Positions 18,245 to 27,794 of a DNA stretch of 30,875 bases are shown here, piece by piece. The DNA is taken from the IMG/VR virus record IMGVR_UViG_2667527965_000004. The stretch is one strand, 5' to 3'. Positions within the stretch are counted from its first letter, which is position 1, and every line of letters begins with the position of its first letter. The notes beneath the pieces are model-generated. The model ran no database searches and was not told where the DNA came from. It was given only the letters and a program-made list of their open reading frames with translations. The stretch comes from a virus. Taxonomy: Duplodnaviria; Heunggongvirae; Uroviricota; Caudoviricetes. A program made the position numbers and the translations under genes.

Positions 18245-19153
18245 ATGCCGATTATCGACCTGAACCAGCTACCTGCACCGGATGTGGTCGAGGAGCTGGA
18301 CTTTGAAACCATTCTTGCCGAACGCAAGGCGACACTGATTTCCCTTTACCCGGAAGACCAGCAGGAGGCGGTCGCCCGTACCCTGACGCTGGAATCCGAG
18401 CCTCTCGTCAAACTGCTGGAGGAAAACGCTTATCGTGAGCTTATCTGGCGTCAGCGTGTGAATGAGGCCGCACGGGCGGTGATGCTGGCCTGTGCCGCGG
18501 GTAATGACCTTGATGTGATTGGTGCCAATTACAACACCACGCGTCTGATTATCACCCCGGCAGATGATTCGACTATCCCGCCGACACCGGCAGTGATGGA
18601 ATCTGACACCGATTATCGTCTGCGTATTCAGCAGGCGTTTGAAGGTTTAAGCGTCGCCGGGTCAGTGGGAGCCTATCAGTATCATGGTCGCAGTGCCGAC
18701 GGGCGTGTCGCGGATATCTCTGTCACCAGTCCGTCTCCGGCCTGTGTCACTATCTCTGTGCTGTCTCGCGAAAATAACGGTATCGCATCCGAAGACCTGC
18801 TGGCGGTGGTGCGCAACGCCCTTAATGGTGAGGACGTCAGGCCGGTGGCCGACCGCGTGACCGTGCAGTCTGCCGCCATCGTTGAATACCAGATAAACGC
18901 CACGCTTTACCTTTACCCTGGTCCTGAAAGCGAACCCATCCGCGCTGCTGCCGTGAAAAAACTGGAAGCGTACATCACGGCACAGCACCGGCTGGGGCGC
19001 GACATCCGTCTGTCTGCCATTTATGCCGCTTTGCATGTGGAAGGCGTGCAGCGTGTCGAGCTGGCCGCACCACTGGCCGACATTGTGCTCAACAGTACGC
19101 AGGCGTCTTTCTGCACCGAATACAGCGTCGTGACCGGAGGCTCGGATGAGTGA
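18245..19153 (+). CDS. J: Baseplate protein J
   Basis: 302 aa, equals P2 J. Confidence 0.85.
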   Translation: MPIIDLNQLPAPDVVEELDFETILAERKATLISLYPEDQQEAVARTLTLESEPLVKLLEENAYRELIWRQRVNEAARAVMLACAAGNDLDVIGANYNTTRLIITPADDSTIPPTPAVMESDTDYRLRIQQAFEGLSVAGSVGAYQYHGRSADGRVADISVTSPSPACVTISVLSRENNGIASEDLLAVVRNALNGEDVRPVADRVTVQSAAIVEYQINATLYLYPGPESEPIRAAAVKKLEAYITAQHRLGRDIRLSAIYAALHVEGVQRVELAAPLADIVLNSTQASFCTEYSVVTGGSDE

Positions 19154-19757
19154 TTCGCGCCTGCTGCCGACCGGCTCATCACCGCTTGAAGTTGCCGCCG
19201 CAAAAGCCTGTGCGGAAATTGAAAAAACGCCGGTCAGTATTCGTGAGCTGTGGAACCCGGACACCTGCCCGGCAAATCTGCTGCCGTGGCTGGCGTGGTC
19301 ATTTTCGGTTGACCGCTGGGATGATAAGTGGCCGGAAGCGACAAAACGCGCTGTTATCCGCGATGCGTATTTCATTCACTGCCATAAGGGCACTATAGGC
19401 GCAATCCGGCGTGTGGTGGAGCCGCTCGGCTATCTGATTGAGGTAAGGGAGTGGTGGCAGCTCAACGAGGAGCCGGGGACGTTCCGTATCGTTGTTGGCG
19501 TGCTTGAGCAGGGTATTACCGAAGAAATGTATCAGGAGCTGGAGCGCCTCGTTGCTGATGCAAAACCGGCAAGCCGCCATCTGACGGGACTGGCTATCAG
19601 TTTAAGTACAAACGGCAACATTTTTGCCGGTGCGGGATGCTATCACGGCGACGCCCTGACGGTTTATCCCTACACCCCGGAGGCCATTATTGTCGGAGGG
19701 GATTATTTCCCGGCCTCGGCCATTCATTTAATTGATAACCTGAGAGTAAACGCATGA
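19146..19757 (+). CDS. I: Baseplate protein I
   Basis: 203-aa ORF in P2 gene I position, overlapping J stop and H start; true start not resolved. Confidence 0.75.
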   Translation: MSDSRLLPTGSSPLEVAAAKACAEIEKTPVSIRELWNPDTCPANLLPWLAWSFSVDRWDDKWPEATKRAVIRDAYFIHCHKGTIGAIRRVVEPLGYLIEVREWWQLNEEPGTFRIVVGVLEQGITEEMYQELERLVADAKPASRHLTGLAISLSTNGNIFAGAGCYHGDALTVYPYTPEAIIVGGDYFPASAIHLIDNLRVNA

Positions 19758-20938
19758 CAGTGAAATACTACGCCATTCTGACTAATCAGGGCGCAGCACG
19801 GCTGGCTAACGCGACGATGCTCGGCAGTAAGCTGAATCTGACGCAAATGGCCGTTGGTGATGCGAATGGTGTCTTGCCGACACCAGACCCGGCACAGACA
19901 AAACTGATTAACCAGAAACGCATCGCGCCGCTGAATCTTCTGAGTATTGACCCGAACAACCAGAGCCAGATTATTGCGGAGCAAATCATCCCTGAGAACG
20001 AGGGCGGATTCTGGATCCGTGAGATTGGGCTTTATGATGATGAAGGCGTACTCATTGCGGTGGCGAACTGCCCGGAAACGTACAAACCGCAGTTGCAGGA
20101 AGGCAGTGGTCGTACCCAGACTATCCGCATGATTCTGGTTGTCACGAATACCGAAGCCATCACGCTGAAAATCGACCCGTCGGTGGTACTGGCGACCCGT
20201 AAATACGTGGATGATAAAGTCCTGGAATTAAAGCTGTATGTGGATGACCAGATGAGAAACCACATTGCCGCACAGGATCCTCATACCCAGTATGCACAGA
20301 AACATAATCCGACATTTACCGGAGAACCAAAAGCGCCGACGCCTGCCGCAGGAAATAACACCACGCGGATTGCGACCACTGCGTTTGTACAGGCCGCTAT
20401 TACCGCTCTGATTAACGGTGCCCCTGACACGCTGGACACACTGAAAGAAATTGCCGCAGCTATCAACAATGACCCGAAATTCAGTACCACCATTAACAAT
20501 GCGCTGTCAGGTAAGCAGCCACTGGATGAGACGCTGACTCATTTGAGTGGAAAGGATGTTGCTGGTCTTCTCGCATACCTTGGTTTAGGAGAAGCGGCGA
20601 AAAGGGATGTGGGCACAGGAGATAATCAGATACCGGATATGGGAGCATTCGCTTCTGGTTCGGGATGGTTCAGGCTACCAGGTGGATATATTGTTCAGTT
20701 TGGCACTTTTTCAGGAAACACGACCCGCTTTATCAGTGGACACTTCCCTATACCATTCCCTAATCAGCCGATGGTTTCAGTCAGTGTTATGTCTGATGCC
20801 GTTCAGTCAGACCCGTCGAATCCTGCCCCGCAGGTTTTGTCTGTAAATTTTGAACATATCAGTAATTCAGCGTGGCGTGTGGCAACCAGTGATATCTCAC
20901 AGCAATACAGATTCAGTTATATTTCGATAGGACGGTAG
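19754..20938 (+). CDS. H: Tail fibre protein H (constant N-terminal part plus the currently expressed variable C-terminal cassette)
   Basis: 394 aa, shorter than I recall P2 H to be; crossover site sits in-frame at codons for LGLGE (20568..20593). Confidence 0.85.
   Translation: MTVKYYAILTNQGAARLANATMLGSKLNLTQMAVGDANGVLPTPDPAQTKLINQKRIAPLNLLSIDPNNQSQIIAEQIIPENEGGFWIREIGLYDDEGVLIAVANCPETYKPQLQEGSGRTQTIRMILVVTNTEAITLKIDPSVVLATRKYVDDKVLELKLYVDDQMRNHIAAQDPHTQYAQKHNPTFTGEPKAPTPAAGNNTTRIATTAFVQAAITALINGAPDTLDTLKEIAAAINNDPKFSTTINNALSGKQPLDETLTHLSGKDVAGLLAYLGLGEAAKRDVGTGDNQIPDMGAFASGSGWFRLPGGYIVQFGTFSGNTTRFISGHFPIPFPNQPMVSVSVMSDAVQSDPSNPAPQVLSVNFEHISNSAWRVATSDISQQYRFSYISIGR
20568..20593. repeat. Left gix/hix-like inversion crossover site (26 bp) inside H
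   Basis: TTCTCGCATACC-TT-GGTTTAGGAGAA; reverse complement matches the right site at 20 of 26 positions (11 of 12 in the inner half-site) with matching AA/TT core. Confidence 0.65.
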
Positions 20939-20940
20939 AA

Positions 20941-21381
20941 ATGCAGAAATATATTTTCAGTGCCGATAAAAATGCGTTTTTCCCTGTGGAGCTTAAAATC
21001 GCTTATCAGGAATCCGGCGAATGGCCCGGTGATGGAATCGAAATTGACGACACTGTTGCCGCCGAATTTATGAAGGAAGCACCAGAAGGAAAATACAGAG
21101 GTGTCATCGACGGAATGCCTGCATGGATTGATATTCCACCGCCAACTCATGAGGAACAAATTGCCGCAGCCGAACTGGAAAAGCAGCAATTGATTAATCA
21201 GGTCAACGAATACATAAACAGTAAGCAATGGCCTGGTAAAGCGGCGATTGGTCGCCTGAAAGGTGGGGAACTGGCGCAATATAATTTGTGGCTGGATTAT
21301 CTGGACGCACTGGAACTGGTCGATACTTCCGGTGCGCCAGATATTGAATGGCCTACGCCTCCGGCAGTTCAGGCCAGATGA
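20941..21381 (+). CDS. G: Tail fibre assembly chaperone (current orientation)
   Basis: 146 aa directly after H; C-terminal motif IEWPTPPA shared with the convergent copy. Confidence 0.8.
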   Translation: MQKYIFSADKNAFFPVELKIAYQESGEWPGDGIEIDDTVAAEFMKEAPEGKYRGVIDGMPAWIDIPPPTHEEQIAAAELEKQQLINQVNEYINSKQWPGKAAIGRLKGGELAQYNLWLDYLDALELVDTSGAPDIEWPTPPAVQAR

Positions 21382-21955
21382 CGTCCGGCGCTGTGCTGGT
21401 ATCTGTTGCCGTCACCGCGTCAATGTAATCCAGCACGGCGTTAAGTCGGGTTGTTTCTGCCTGCGTCAGTTTCCGTCCGGCCTGTAATTTCAGCTGAATC
21501 AGACTAATGGAAGCCATTGCTGCATCAATCAGTGACTGGCGCTGTGCTTCTGCTGCGTCTACTGCGGCACTATGCTGTGCCTCAGTATCCGTCACCCATT
21601 TCTCACCATCCCATTTATCATATGGCGTTAACGGGGCGATAGTGGTTGTATTTTCAGGGTAATCACCCGGAGCTGTGATTTCTTTCGATTCTCCTGTTTC
21701 GGTGCTATAGATGATTTCACCGCGATGGTCTGGCACATATTCCCATGAGTTAAAATCTGCAGAACGGCAGATTGCATAACCAGCTTTATGTGTAACTGGT
21801 GCATCTAAACAAGAACATGCCGGGATACCGACGCCAACCGCAAGATATTCAGTTGATGTGGAAATATATTCCCGCGTTTCACCATCATAATTATAAATGG
21901 TAATGTCTCCCGCTTTTATGGCAATGAGTTCGTTATTTAATACGGCTTTATTCAT
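21353..21955 (-). CDS. Alternative tail fibre assembly chaperone (inverted orientation)
   Basis: 200 aa on minus strand converging on G; C-terminal motif VIWPELPEA. Confidence 0.8.
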   Translation of the reverse strand: MNKAVLNNELIAIKAGDITIYNYDGETREYISTSTEYLAVGVGIPACSCLDAPVTHKAGYAICRSADFNSWEYVPDHRGEIIYSTETGESKEITAPGDYPENTTTIAPLTPYDKWDGEKWVTDTEAQHSAAVDAAEAQRQSLIDAAMASISLIQLKLQAGRKLTQAETTRLNAVLDYIDAVTATDTSTAPDVIWPELPEA

Positions 21956-22455
21956 CAGGCAGCCCTCACGATATAATTAAAGGCAATGTTACGAGGTCGG
22001 TTTTCGTTTGCAGTTGGAACAACTCTGGAAGCATCGAATGTTACTTGCTTTGCATAACCACCTTTAATTGAATCAGATGAAGCATCTCCGATGACGCTGG
22101 TTGTAAAAACGCCAGAATCAGAAGGGTAGGTATTAAACCTGACATCCACTAATGCACCAATTATATTTCGAATGGCATCTCCCTGTGACGAAAGCAAGCT
22201 ACGGTTAGTATCTATTCCTCTTCCGTCATCCCAGCCACGAATGAACTCACCACGTAAATCAGGCAATTTATTTGTCGGGTAAGCCTTTGCCAGTTCCGGG
22301 TATTCTTCAGCAGAAAAAGCCGCACCGTTGCATTTCAGCCAGCCTGTTGGCGGAGTGGCTGAAGGCCACGGAACAGGCACCCCAACAGGTAATGCAGAGC
22401 CTTCTCCCAAACCAACGTTTATGAAAATGCAGAAATAACGAGCAAATGGCATCAT
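21955..22455 (-). CDS. Alternative tail fibre C-terminal cassette (silent until inversion; ORF read-through upstream of 22402 is not a real N-terminus)
   Basis: Minus-strand ORF containing GLGEGSALPVGVPVPWP... (Mu S/P1-type fibre tip); the crossover repeat is in frame with the H repeat. Confidence 0.75.
   Translation of the reverse strand: MMPFARYFCIFINVGLGEGSALPVGVPVPWPSATPPTGWLKCNGAAFSAEEYPELAKAYPTNKLPDLRGEFIRGWDDGRGIDTNRSLLSSQGDAIRNIIGALVDVRFNTYPSDSGVFTTSVIGDASSDSIKGGYAKQVTFDASRVVPTANENRPRNIAFNYIVRAA
22402..22427. repeat. Right gix/hix-like inversion crossover site (26 bp)
   Basis: TTCTCCCAAACC-AA-CGTTTATGAAAA; resembles the Gin/Hin site pattern (TTC...AAACC NN GGTTT...AA); 55 bp upstream of the invertase start. 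Confidence 0.65.
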
Positions 22456-22481
22456 TCCTGCTTTTGTCAGGGAGAGCTACC

Positions 22482-23075
22482 ATGCTTATTGGCTATGTAC
22501 GCGTGTCAACAAATGACCAGAACACCGATTTGCAACGTAATGCACTGAACTGCGCGGGATGTGAGCGGATTTTTGAGGATAAAATCAGCGGCACGAAGTC
22601 CGACAGGCCGGGACTGAAAAAACTGCTCAGAACATTATCAGCAGGTGACACTCTGGTAGTCTGGAAGCTGGACAGGCTGGGGCATAGTATGCGGCATCTG
22701 GTCATTCTGGTTGAGGAACTGCGCGAACGCGGTGTTAATTTTCGCAGCCTGACGGATGCCATTGATACCAGCACGCCGATGGGGCGTTTTTTCTTTCATG
22801 TGATGGGGGCCCTGGCTGAAATGGAACGAGAACTCATTGTCGAGCGGACTCGGGCCGGGCTGGAAGCGGCCAGAGCCAAAGGTCGTATTGGTGGCAGACG
22901 TCCTAAACTCACCACGAGTGAGTGGGAGCAGGCCGGGCGTTTGCTGGCTGCAGGGGAGTCACGTCAACGCGTGGCACTGATTTTTGATATTGGTCTGTCC
23001 ACGCTCTATAAAAAATTTCCCTCATCAGCGACAAAGAATAAATTGTGTCATCCCTTAGCCAACCGGGACAAATAG
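22482..23075 (+). CDS. Serine DNA invertase (Hin/Gin/Cin/Pin family)
   Basis: 197 aa from ATG 22482 (MLIGYVRVSTNDQ... with catalytic-serine motif, C-terminal HTH); directly flanks the invertible segment. Confidence 0.9.
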   Translation: MLIGYVRVSTNDQNTDLQRNALNCAGCERIFEDKISGTKSDRPGLKKLLRTLSAGDTLVVWKLDRLGHSMRHLVILVEELRERGVNFRSLTDAIDTSTPMGRFFFHVMGALAEMERELIVERTRAGLEAARAKGRIGGRRPKLTTSEWEQAGRLLAAGESRQRVALIFDIGLSTLYKKFPSSATKNKLCHPLANRDK

Positions 23076-23134
23076 CCTGACATCTCCGGCACAACTGAAA
23101 ATATCACTCACCCATTAACCACGGAGTTAAACGG

Positions 23135-24325
23135 ATGAGTGACTATCATCACGGCGTGCAGGTGCTGGAGATTAACGACGGCACCCGCGTCATTTCCACC
23201 GTATCAACTGCCATTGTCGGCATGGTCTGCACGGCCAGCGATGCGGATGCGGAAACCTTCCCCCTCAATAAACCGGTGCTGATTACCAATGTGCAGAGTG
23301 CAATTGCAAAGGCCGGTAAAAAAGGCACGCTGGCGGCGTCGTTACAGGCCATCGCTGACCAGTCAAAACCGGTCACCGTTGTCGTACGTGTGGAAGACGG
23401 CACCGGCGACGACGAAGAAACGAAACTCGCGCAGACCGTTTCCAATATCATCGGCACCACCGACGAAAACGGTCAGTACACCGGACTGAAAGCCCTGCTG
23501 GCGGCGGAGTCGGTAACCGGTGTTAAACCGCGTATTCTCGGCGTGCCGGGACTGGACACCAAAGAGGTGGCTGTTGCACTGGCATCAGTCTGTCAGAAGC
23601 TGCGCGCTTTCGGGTATATCAGCGCATGGGGCTGTAAAACCATTTCCGAGGTGAAAGCCTACCGCCAGAATTTCAGCCAGCGTGAGCTGATGGTCATCTG
23701 GCCGGATTTCCTCGCATGGGATACGGTCACGAGTACCACCGCCACCGCGTATGCCACCGCCCGTGCGCTGGGACTGCGTGCCAAAATCGACCAGGAGCAG
23801 GGCTGGCATAAAACGCTGTCCAACGTTGGGGTGAACGGTGTTACCGGCATCAGCGCCTCTGTATTCTGGGATTTGCAGGAGTCCGGCACCGATGCTGACC
23901 TGCTTAACGAGTCAGGCGTCACAACGCTGATTCGCCGTGACGGTTTCCGCTTCTGGGGTAACCGTACCTGCTCTGATGACCCGCTGTTCCTCTTTGAAAA
24001 CTACACCCGCACCGCGCAGGTGCTGGCCGACACGATGGCTGAGGCGCACATGTGGGCGGTGGACAAGCCCATCACCGCAACGCTGATTCGCGACATCGTT
24101 GACGGCATCAATGCCAAATTCCGTGAGCTGAAAACAAACGGCTATATCGTGGATGCGACCTGCTGGTTCAGCGAAGAATCCAACGATGCGGAAACCCTCA
24201 AGGCCGGAAAACTGTATATCGACTACGACTATACCCCGGTGCCTCCTCTCGAAAACCTGACCCTGCGCCAGCGTATTACCGATAAATACCTGGCAAATCT
24301 GGTCACCTCGGTTAACAGCAATTAA
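23135..24325 (+). CDS. FI: Tail sheath protein
   Basis: 396 aa, equals P2 FI. Confidence 0.9.
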   Translation: MSDYHHGVQVLEINDGTRVISTVSTAIVGMVCTASDADAETFPLNKPVLITNVQSAIAKAGKKGTLAASLQAIADQSKPVTVVVRVEDGTGDDEETKLAQTVSNIIGTTDENGQYTGLKALLAAESVTGVKPRILGVPGLDTKEVAVALASVCQKLRAFGYISAWGCKTISEVKAYRQNFSQRELMVIWPDFLAWDTVTSTTATAYATARALGLRAKIDQEQGWHKTLSNVGVNGVTGISASVFWDLQESGTDADLLNESGVTTLIRRDGFRFWGNRTCSDDPLFLFENYTRTAQVLADTMAEAHMWAVDKPITATLIRDIVDGINAKFRELKTNGYIVDATCWFSEESNDAETLKAGKLYIDYDYTPVPPLENLTLRQRITDKYLANLVTSVNSN

Positions 24326-24337
24326 GGAGCCTGACCG

Positions 24338-24856
24338 ATGGCAATGCCGCGCAAACTCAAGTTAATGAACGTCTTTCTGAACGGCTACAGCTATCAGGGC
24401 GTTGCAAAGTCCGTCACGCTGCCAAAACTGACCCGTAAGCTCGAAAACTATCGCGGTGCGGGGATGAACGGCAGCGCACCGGTAGACCTCGGCCTTGATG
24501 ACGATGCGCTTTCAATGGAGTGGTCGCTCGGTGGCTTCCCGGATTCGGTTATCTGGGAGCTTTACGCCGCAACCGGTGTGGATGCCGTGCCGATTCGTTT
24601 TGCAGGCTCTTACCAGCGCGACGATACCGGCGAAACGGTGGCCGTCGAAGTGGTCATGCGTGGACGTCAGAAAGAAATCGACACCGGCGAGGGTAAACAG
24701 GGAGAAGACACCGAGTCGAAAATCTCCGTGGTCTGCACCTATTTCCGGCTGACGATGGACGGTAAGGAGCTGGTCGAAATCGACACCATCAACATGATTG
24801 AGAAGGTGAACGGCGTCGACCGGCTGGAGCAACACCGCCGAAATATCGGCCTGTGA
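24338..24856 (+). CDS. FII: Tail tube protein
   Basis: 172 aa, equals P2 FII. Confidence 0.9.
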   Translation: MAMPRKLKLMNVFLNGYSYQGVAKSVTLPKLTRKLENYRGAGMNGSAPVDLGLDDDALSMEWSLGGFPDSVIWELYAATGVDAVPIRFAGSYQRDDTGETVAVEVVMRGRQKEIDTGEGKQGEDTESKISVVCTYFRLTMDGKELVEIDTINMIEKVNGVDRLEQHRRNIGL

Positions 24857-24912
24857 TTTTCATCCGGTCAGCCTGGCTGACCGGTTAACCCTGATTCAGA
24901 AGTGAGAAAACC

Positions 24913-25188
24913 ATGAACAAAGAAAATGTGATTACCCTGGACAATCCGGTCAAGCGTGGTGAGCAGGTTATCGAACAGGTCACGCTGATGAAGCCCAATG
25001 CCGGGACGCTGCGCGGTGTCAGTCTGGCTGCGGTCGCAAACTCCGAAGTCGATGCACTGATTAAGGTGCTGCCGCGCATGACGGCACCGATGCTGACCGA
25101 GCAGGAAGTCGCCGCGCTGGAACTGCCTGACCTTGTGGCGCTGGCCGGTAAGGTGGTCGGTTTTTTGTCGCCGAACTCGGTGCAGTAA
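24913..25188 (+). CDS. E: Tail assembly chaperone E
   Basis: 91 aa; slippery T6G near the 3' end. Confidence 0.8.
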   Translation: MNKENVITLDNPVKRGEQVIEQVTLMKPNAGTLRGVSLAAVANSEVDALIKVLPRMTAPMLTEQEVAALELPDLVALAGKVVGFLSPNSVQ

Positions 25189-25340
25189 CGTTCCCGAAAA
25201 ATCTCTCGGTCGATGACCTGATGGCGGATGTGGCAGTGATATTTCACTGGCCGCCATCAGAACTGTATCCCATGAGCCTGACCGAACTCATCACATGGCG
25301 CGAAAAGGCGCTCCGGCGAAGCGGAAACACGAATGAGTAA
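24913..25340 (+). CDS. E': E+E' fusion product via programmed -1 ribosomal frameshift
   Basis: Slippery heptamer TTTTTTG at 25161..25167; the -1 frame is open from there to TAA at 25338..25340 (translated by hand: VAELGAVTFPKNLSVDDLMADVAVIFHWPPSELYPMSLTELITWREKALRRSGNTNE), overlapping T start. Confidence 0.7.
25161..25167 (+). other. -1 frameshift slippery site (T6G)
   Basis: Read directly; same arrangement as the tail chaperone frameshift of P2 and lambda. Confidence 0.7.
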
Positions 25341-27780
25341 CAATGTAAAATTACAGGTATTGCTCAGGGCTGTTGACCAGGCATCCCGCCCGTTTAAATC
25401 CATCCGTACAGCGAGCAAGTCGCTGTCGGGGGATATCCGGGAAACACAAAAATCACTGCGCGAGCTGAACGGTCAGGCATCCCGTATTGAGGGATTTCGC
25501 AAGACCAGTGCACAGCTCGCCGTGACTGGTCATGCACTTGAAAAGGCACGGCAGGAGGCCGAAGCCCTTGCCACACAGTTTAAAAATACCGAACGTCCGA
25601 CCCGTGCTCAGGCGAAAGTGCTGGAATCAGCAAAGCGTGCGGCGGAGGACTTACAGGCGAAATATAACCGCCTGACGGATTCCGTTAAACGCCAGCAGCG
25701 GGAGCTGGCCGCTGTGGGAATTAATACCCGCAATCTTGCACATGATGAGCAGGGACTGAAAAACCGTATCAGTGAAACCACCGCACAGCTTAACCGTCAG
25801 CGCGACGCGCTGGCGCGTGTCAGTGCGCAACAGGCAAAACTTAACGCAGTCAAACAGCGTTATCAGGCCGGAAAGGAACTGGCCGGAAATATGGCCTCAG
25901 TAGGCGCTGCCGGTGTGGGGATTGCGGCGGCGGGAACGATGGCCGGAGTTAAGTTGCTGATGCCCGGTTATGAGTTTGCGCAGAAAAACTCAGAGTTGCA
26001 GGCTGTGCTCGGTGTGGCAAAAGACTCCGCCGAAATGGCTGCACTACGCAAGCAGGCGCGCCAGCTCGGCGACAACACCGCCGCCTCAGCGGATGATGCG
26101 GCCGGTGCGCAGATTATCATTGCGAAAGCGGGTGGAGATGCTGCGGCTATTCAGGCGGCAACGCCGGTCACGCTGAATATGGCACTGGCGAATCAGCGGT
26201 CGATGGAAGAAAACGCGCAACTGTTGCTGGGGACTAAAGCATCTTTTCAACTGTCAAATGATGATGTCAGCCATGTGGGCGATGTGTTGTCGGCAACGAT
26301 GAATAAGTCGGCGGCTGATTTTCAGGGACTTAGTGATGCACTGACTTATCTTGGCCCGGTCGCAAGAACGGCAGGTGTAAGTCTTGAGCAGGCAGCGGCC
26401 ATGACAGGTGTGCTGCATGACAATAACATCAGGGGGTCAATGGCGGGTACGGGTAGCAGTGCCGTTGTCACCCGATTACAGGCACCGACTGGAAAAGCAT
26501 GGGATGCACTCAAAGAGCTTGGCGTTAAAACCTCGGACAAAAAGGGAAATATGCGTCCGTTGTTCACCATTCTGAAAGAGATTCAGGCCAGCTTTGATAA
26601 ACACAAGCTGGGAACGTCTCAGAAGGGGGAATACCTTAAAACCATTTTTGGTGAGGAAGCCCTGAAATCAGCGAACGTTTTACTGGCAGCGGCTGCAAGC
26701 GGAAAGCTGGATAAGCTGACCGCCACGCTGAAAGCCTCGGACGGTAAAACGGAAGAGCTGGTTAAAATCATGCAGGATAACCTCGGCGGTGACTTTAAGG
26801 AGTTTCAGTCCGCTTATGAGGCGGTGGGGACAGACCTGTTTGACCAGCAGGAAGGCGCACTGCGTAAGCTCACGCAGACGGCCACAAAGTATGTGTTAAA
26901 ACTCGACGGCTGGATCCAGAAAAACAAATCACTGGCATCAACCATCGGCCTCATTGTCGGTGGCGCGCTGGCGCTTATTGGCATCATCGGTGCAATTGGT
27001 CTTGTAGCCTGGCCGGTTATCACCGGCATTAATGCCATCATCGCGGCAGCAGGCGCAATGGGGGCAATCTTCACGACGGTTGGCAGTGCTGTTATGACGG
27101 CCATCGGGGCGATTAGCTGGCCGGTTGTGGCCGTGGTGGCCGCCATTGTCGCCGGGGCGTTGCTTATCCGTAAATACTGGGAGCCTGTCAGCGCATTCTT
27201 TGGCGGTGTGGTGGAAGGGCTGAAAGCGGCATTTGCGCCGGTGGGGGAACTGTTCACGCCACTTAAACCGGTTTTTGACTGGCTGGGTGAAAAGTTACAG
27301 GCCGCGTGGCAGTGGTTTAAAAACCTGATTGCCCCGGTCAAAGCCACTCAGGACACCCTGAACCGTTGCCGTGACACGGGGGTCATGTTCGGGCAGGCAC
27401 TGGCTGACGCGCTGATGCTGCCGCTTAATGCGTTCAACAAACTGCGCAGTGGTATTGACTGGGTACTGGAAAAACTCGGTGTTATCAACAAAGAGTCAGA
27501 CACACTTGACCAGACCGCCGCCAGAACTCAAGCCGCCACGTATGGCAGCGGTGGTTATATTCCGGCGACCAGCTCTTATGCAGGCTATCAGGCTTATCAG
27601 CCGGTCACGGCACCGGCTGGCCGCTCTTATGTGGACCAGAGTAAAAACGAATATCACATCAGCCTGACGGGTGGCACTGCGCCGGGGACACAGCTTGACC
27701 GCCAGTTACAGGATGCGCTCGAAAAATACGAGCGGGATAAACGTGCGCGCGCTCGTGCCAGCATGATGCATGACGGTTAA
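25333..27780 (+). CDS. T: Tail tape measure protein
   Basis: 815 aa, equals P2 T; coiled-coil N-terminus and glycine/alanine-rich hydrophobic middle. Confidence 0.9.
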   Translation: MSNNVKLQVLLRAVDQASRPFKSIRTASKSLSGDIRETQKSLRELNGQASRIEGFRKTSAQLAVTGHALEKARQEAEALATQFKNTERPTRAQAKVLESAKRAAEDLQAKYNRLTDSVKRQQRELAAVGINTRNLAHDEQGLKNRISETTAQLNRQRDALARVSAQQAKLNAVKQRYQAGKELAGNMASVGAAGVGIAAAGTMAGVKLLMPGYEFAQKNSELQAVLGVAKDSAEMAALRKQARQLGDNTAASADDAAGAQIIIAKAGGDAAAIQAATPVTLNMALANQRSMEENAQLLLGTKASFQLSNDDVSHVGDVLSATMNKSAADFQGLSDALTYLGPVARTAGVSLEQAAAMTGVLHDNNIRGSMAGTGSSAVVTRLQAPTGKAWDALKELGVKTSDKKGNMRPLFTILKEIQASFDKHKLGTSQKGEYLKTIFGEEALKSANVLLAAAASGKLDKLTATLKASDGKTEELVKIMQDNLGGDFKEFQSAYEAVGTDLFDQQEGALRKLTQTATKYVLKLDGWIQKNKSLASTIGLIVGGALALIGIIGAIGLVAWPVITGINAIIAAAGAMGAIFTTVGSAVMTAIGAISWPVVAVVAAIVAGALLIRKYWEPVSAFFGGVVEGLKAAFAPVGELFTPLKPVFDWLGEKLQAAWQWFKNLIAPVKATQDTLNRCRDTGVMFGQALADALMLPLNAFNKLRSGIDWVLEKLGVINKESDTLDQTAARTQAATYGSGGYIPATSSYAGYQAYQPVTAPAGRSYVDQSKNEYHISLTGGTAPGTQLDRQLQDALEKYERDKRARARASMMHDG

Positions 27781-27794
27781 GGAGGTGACGAAAA

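Larger units (their letters stand above)
20581..22414. other. Invertible tail-fibre segment (about 1.8 kb) with two alternative fibre-tip plus chaperone cassettes
   Basis: Bounded by the two inverted crossover sites; head-to-head cassette arrangement as in Mu G / P1 C segments. Confidence 0.7.
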
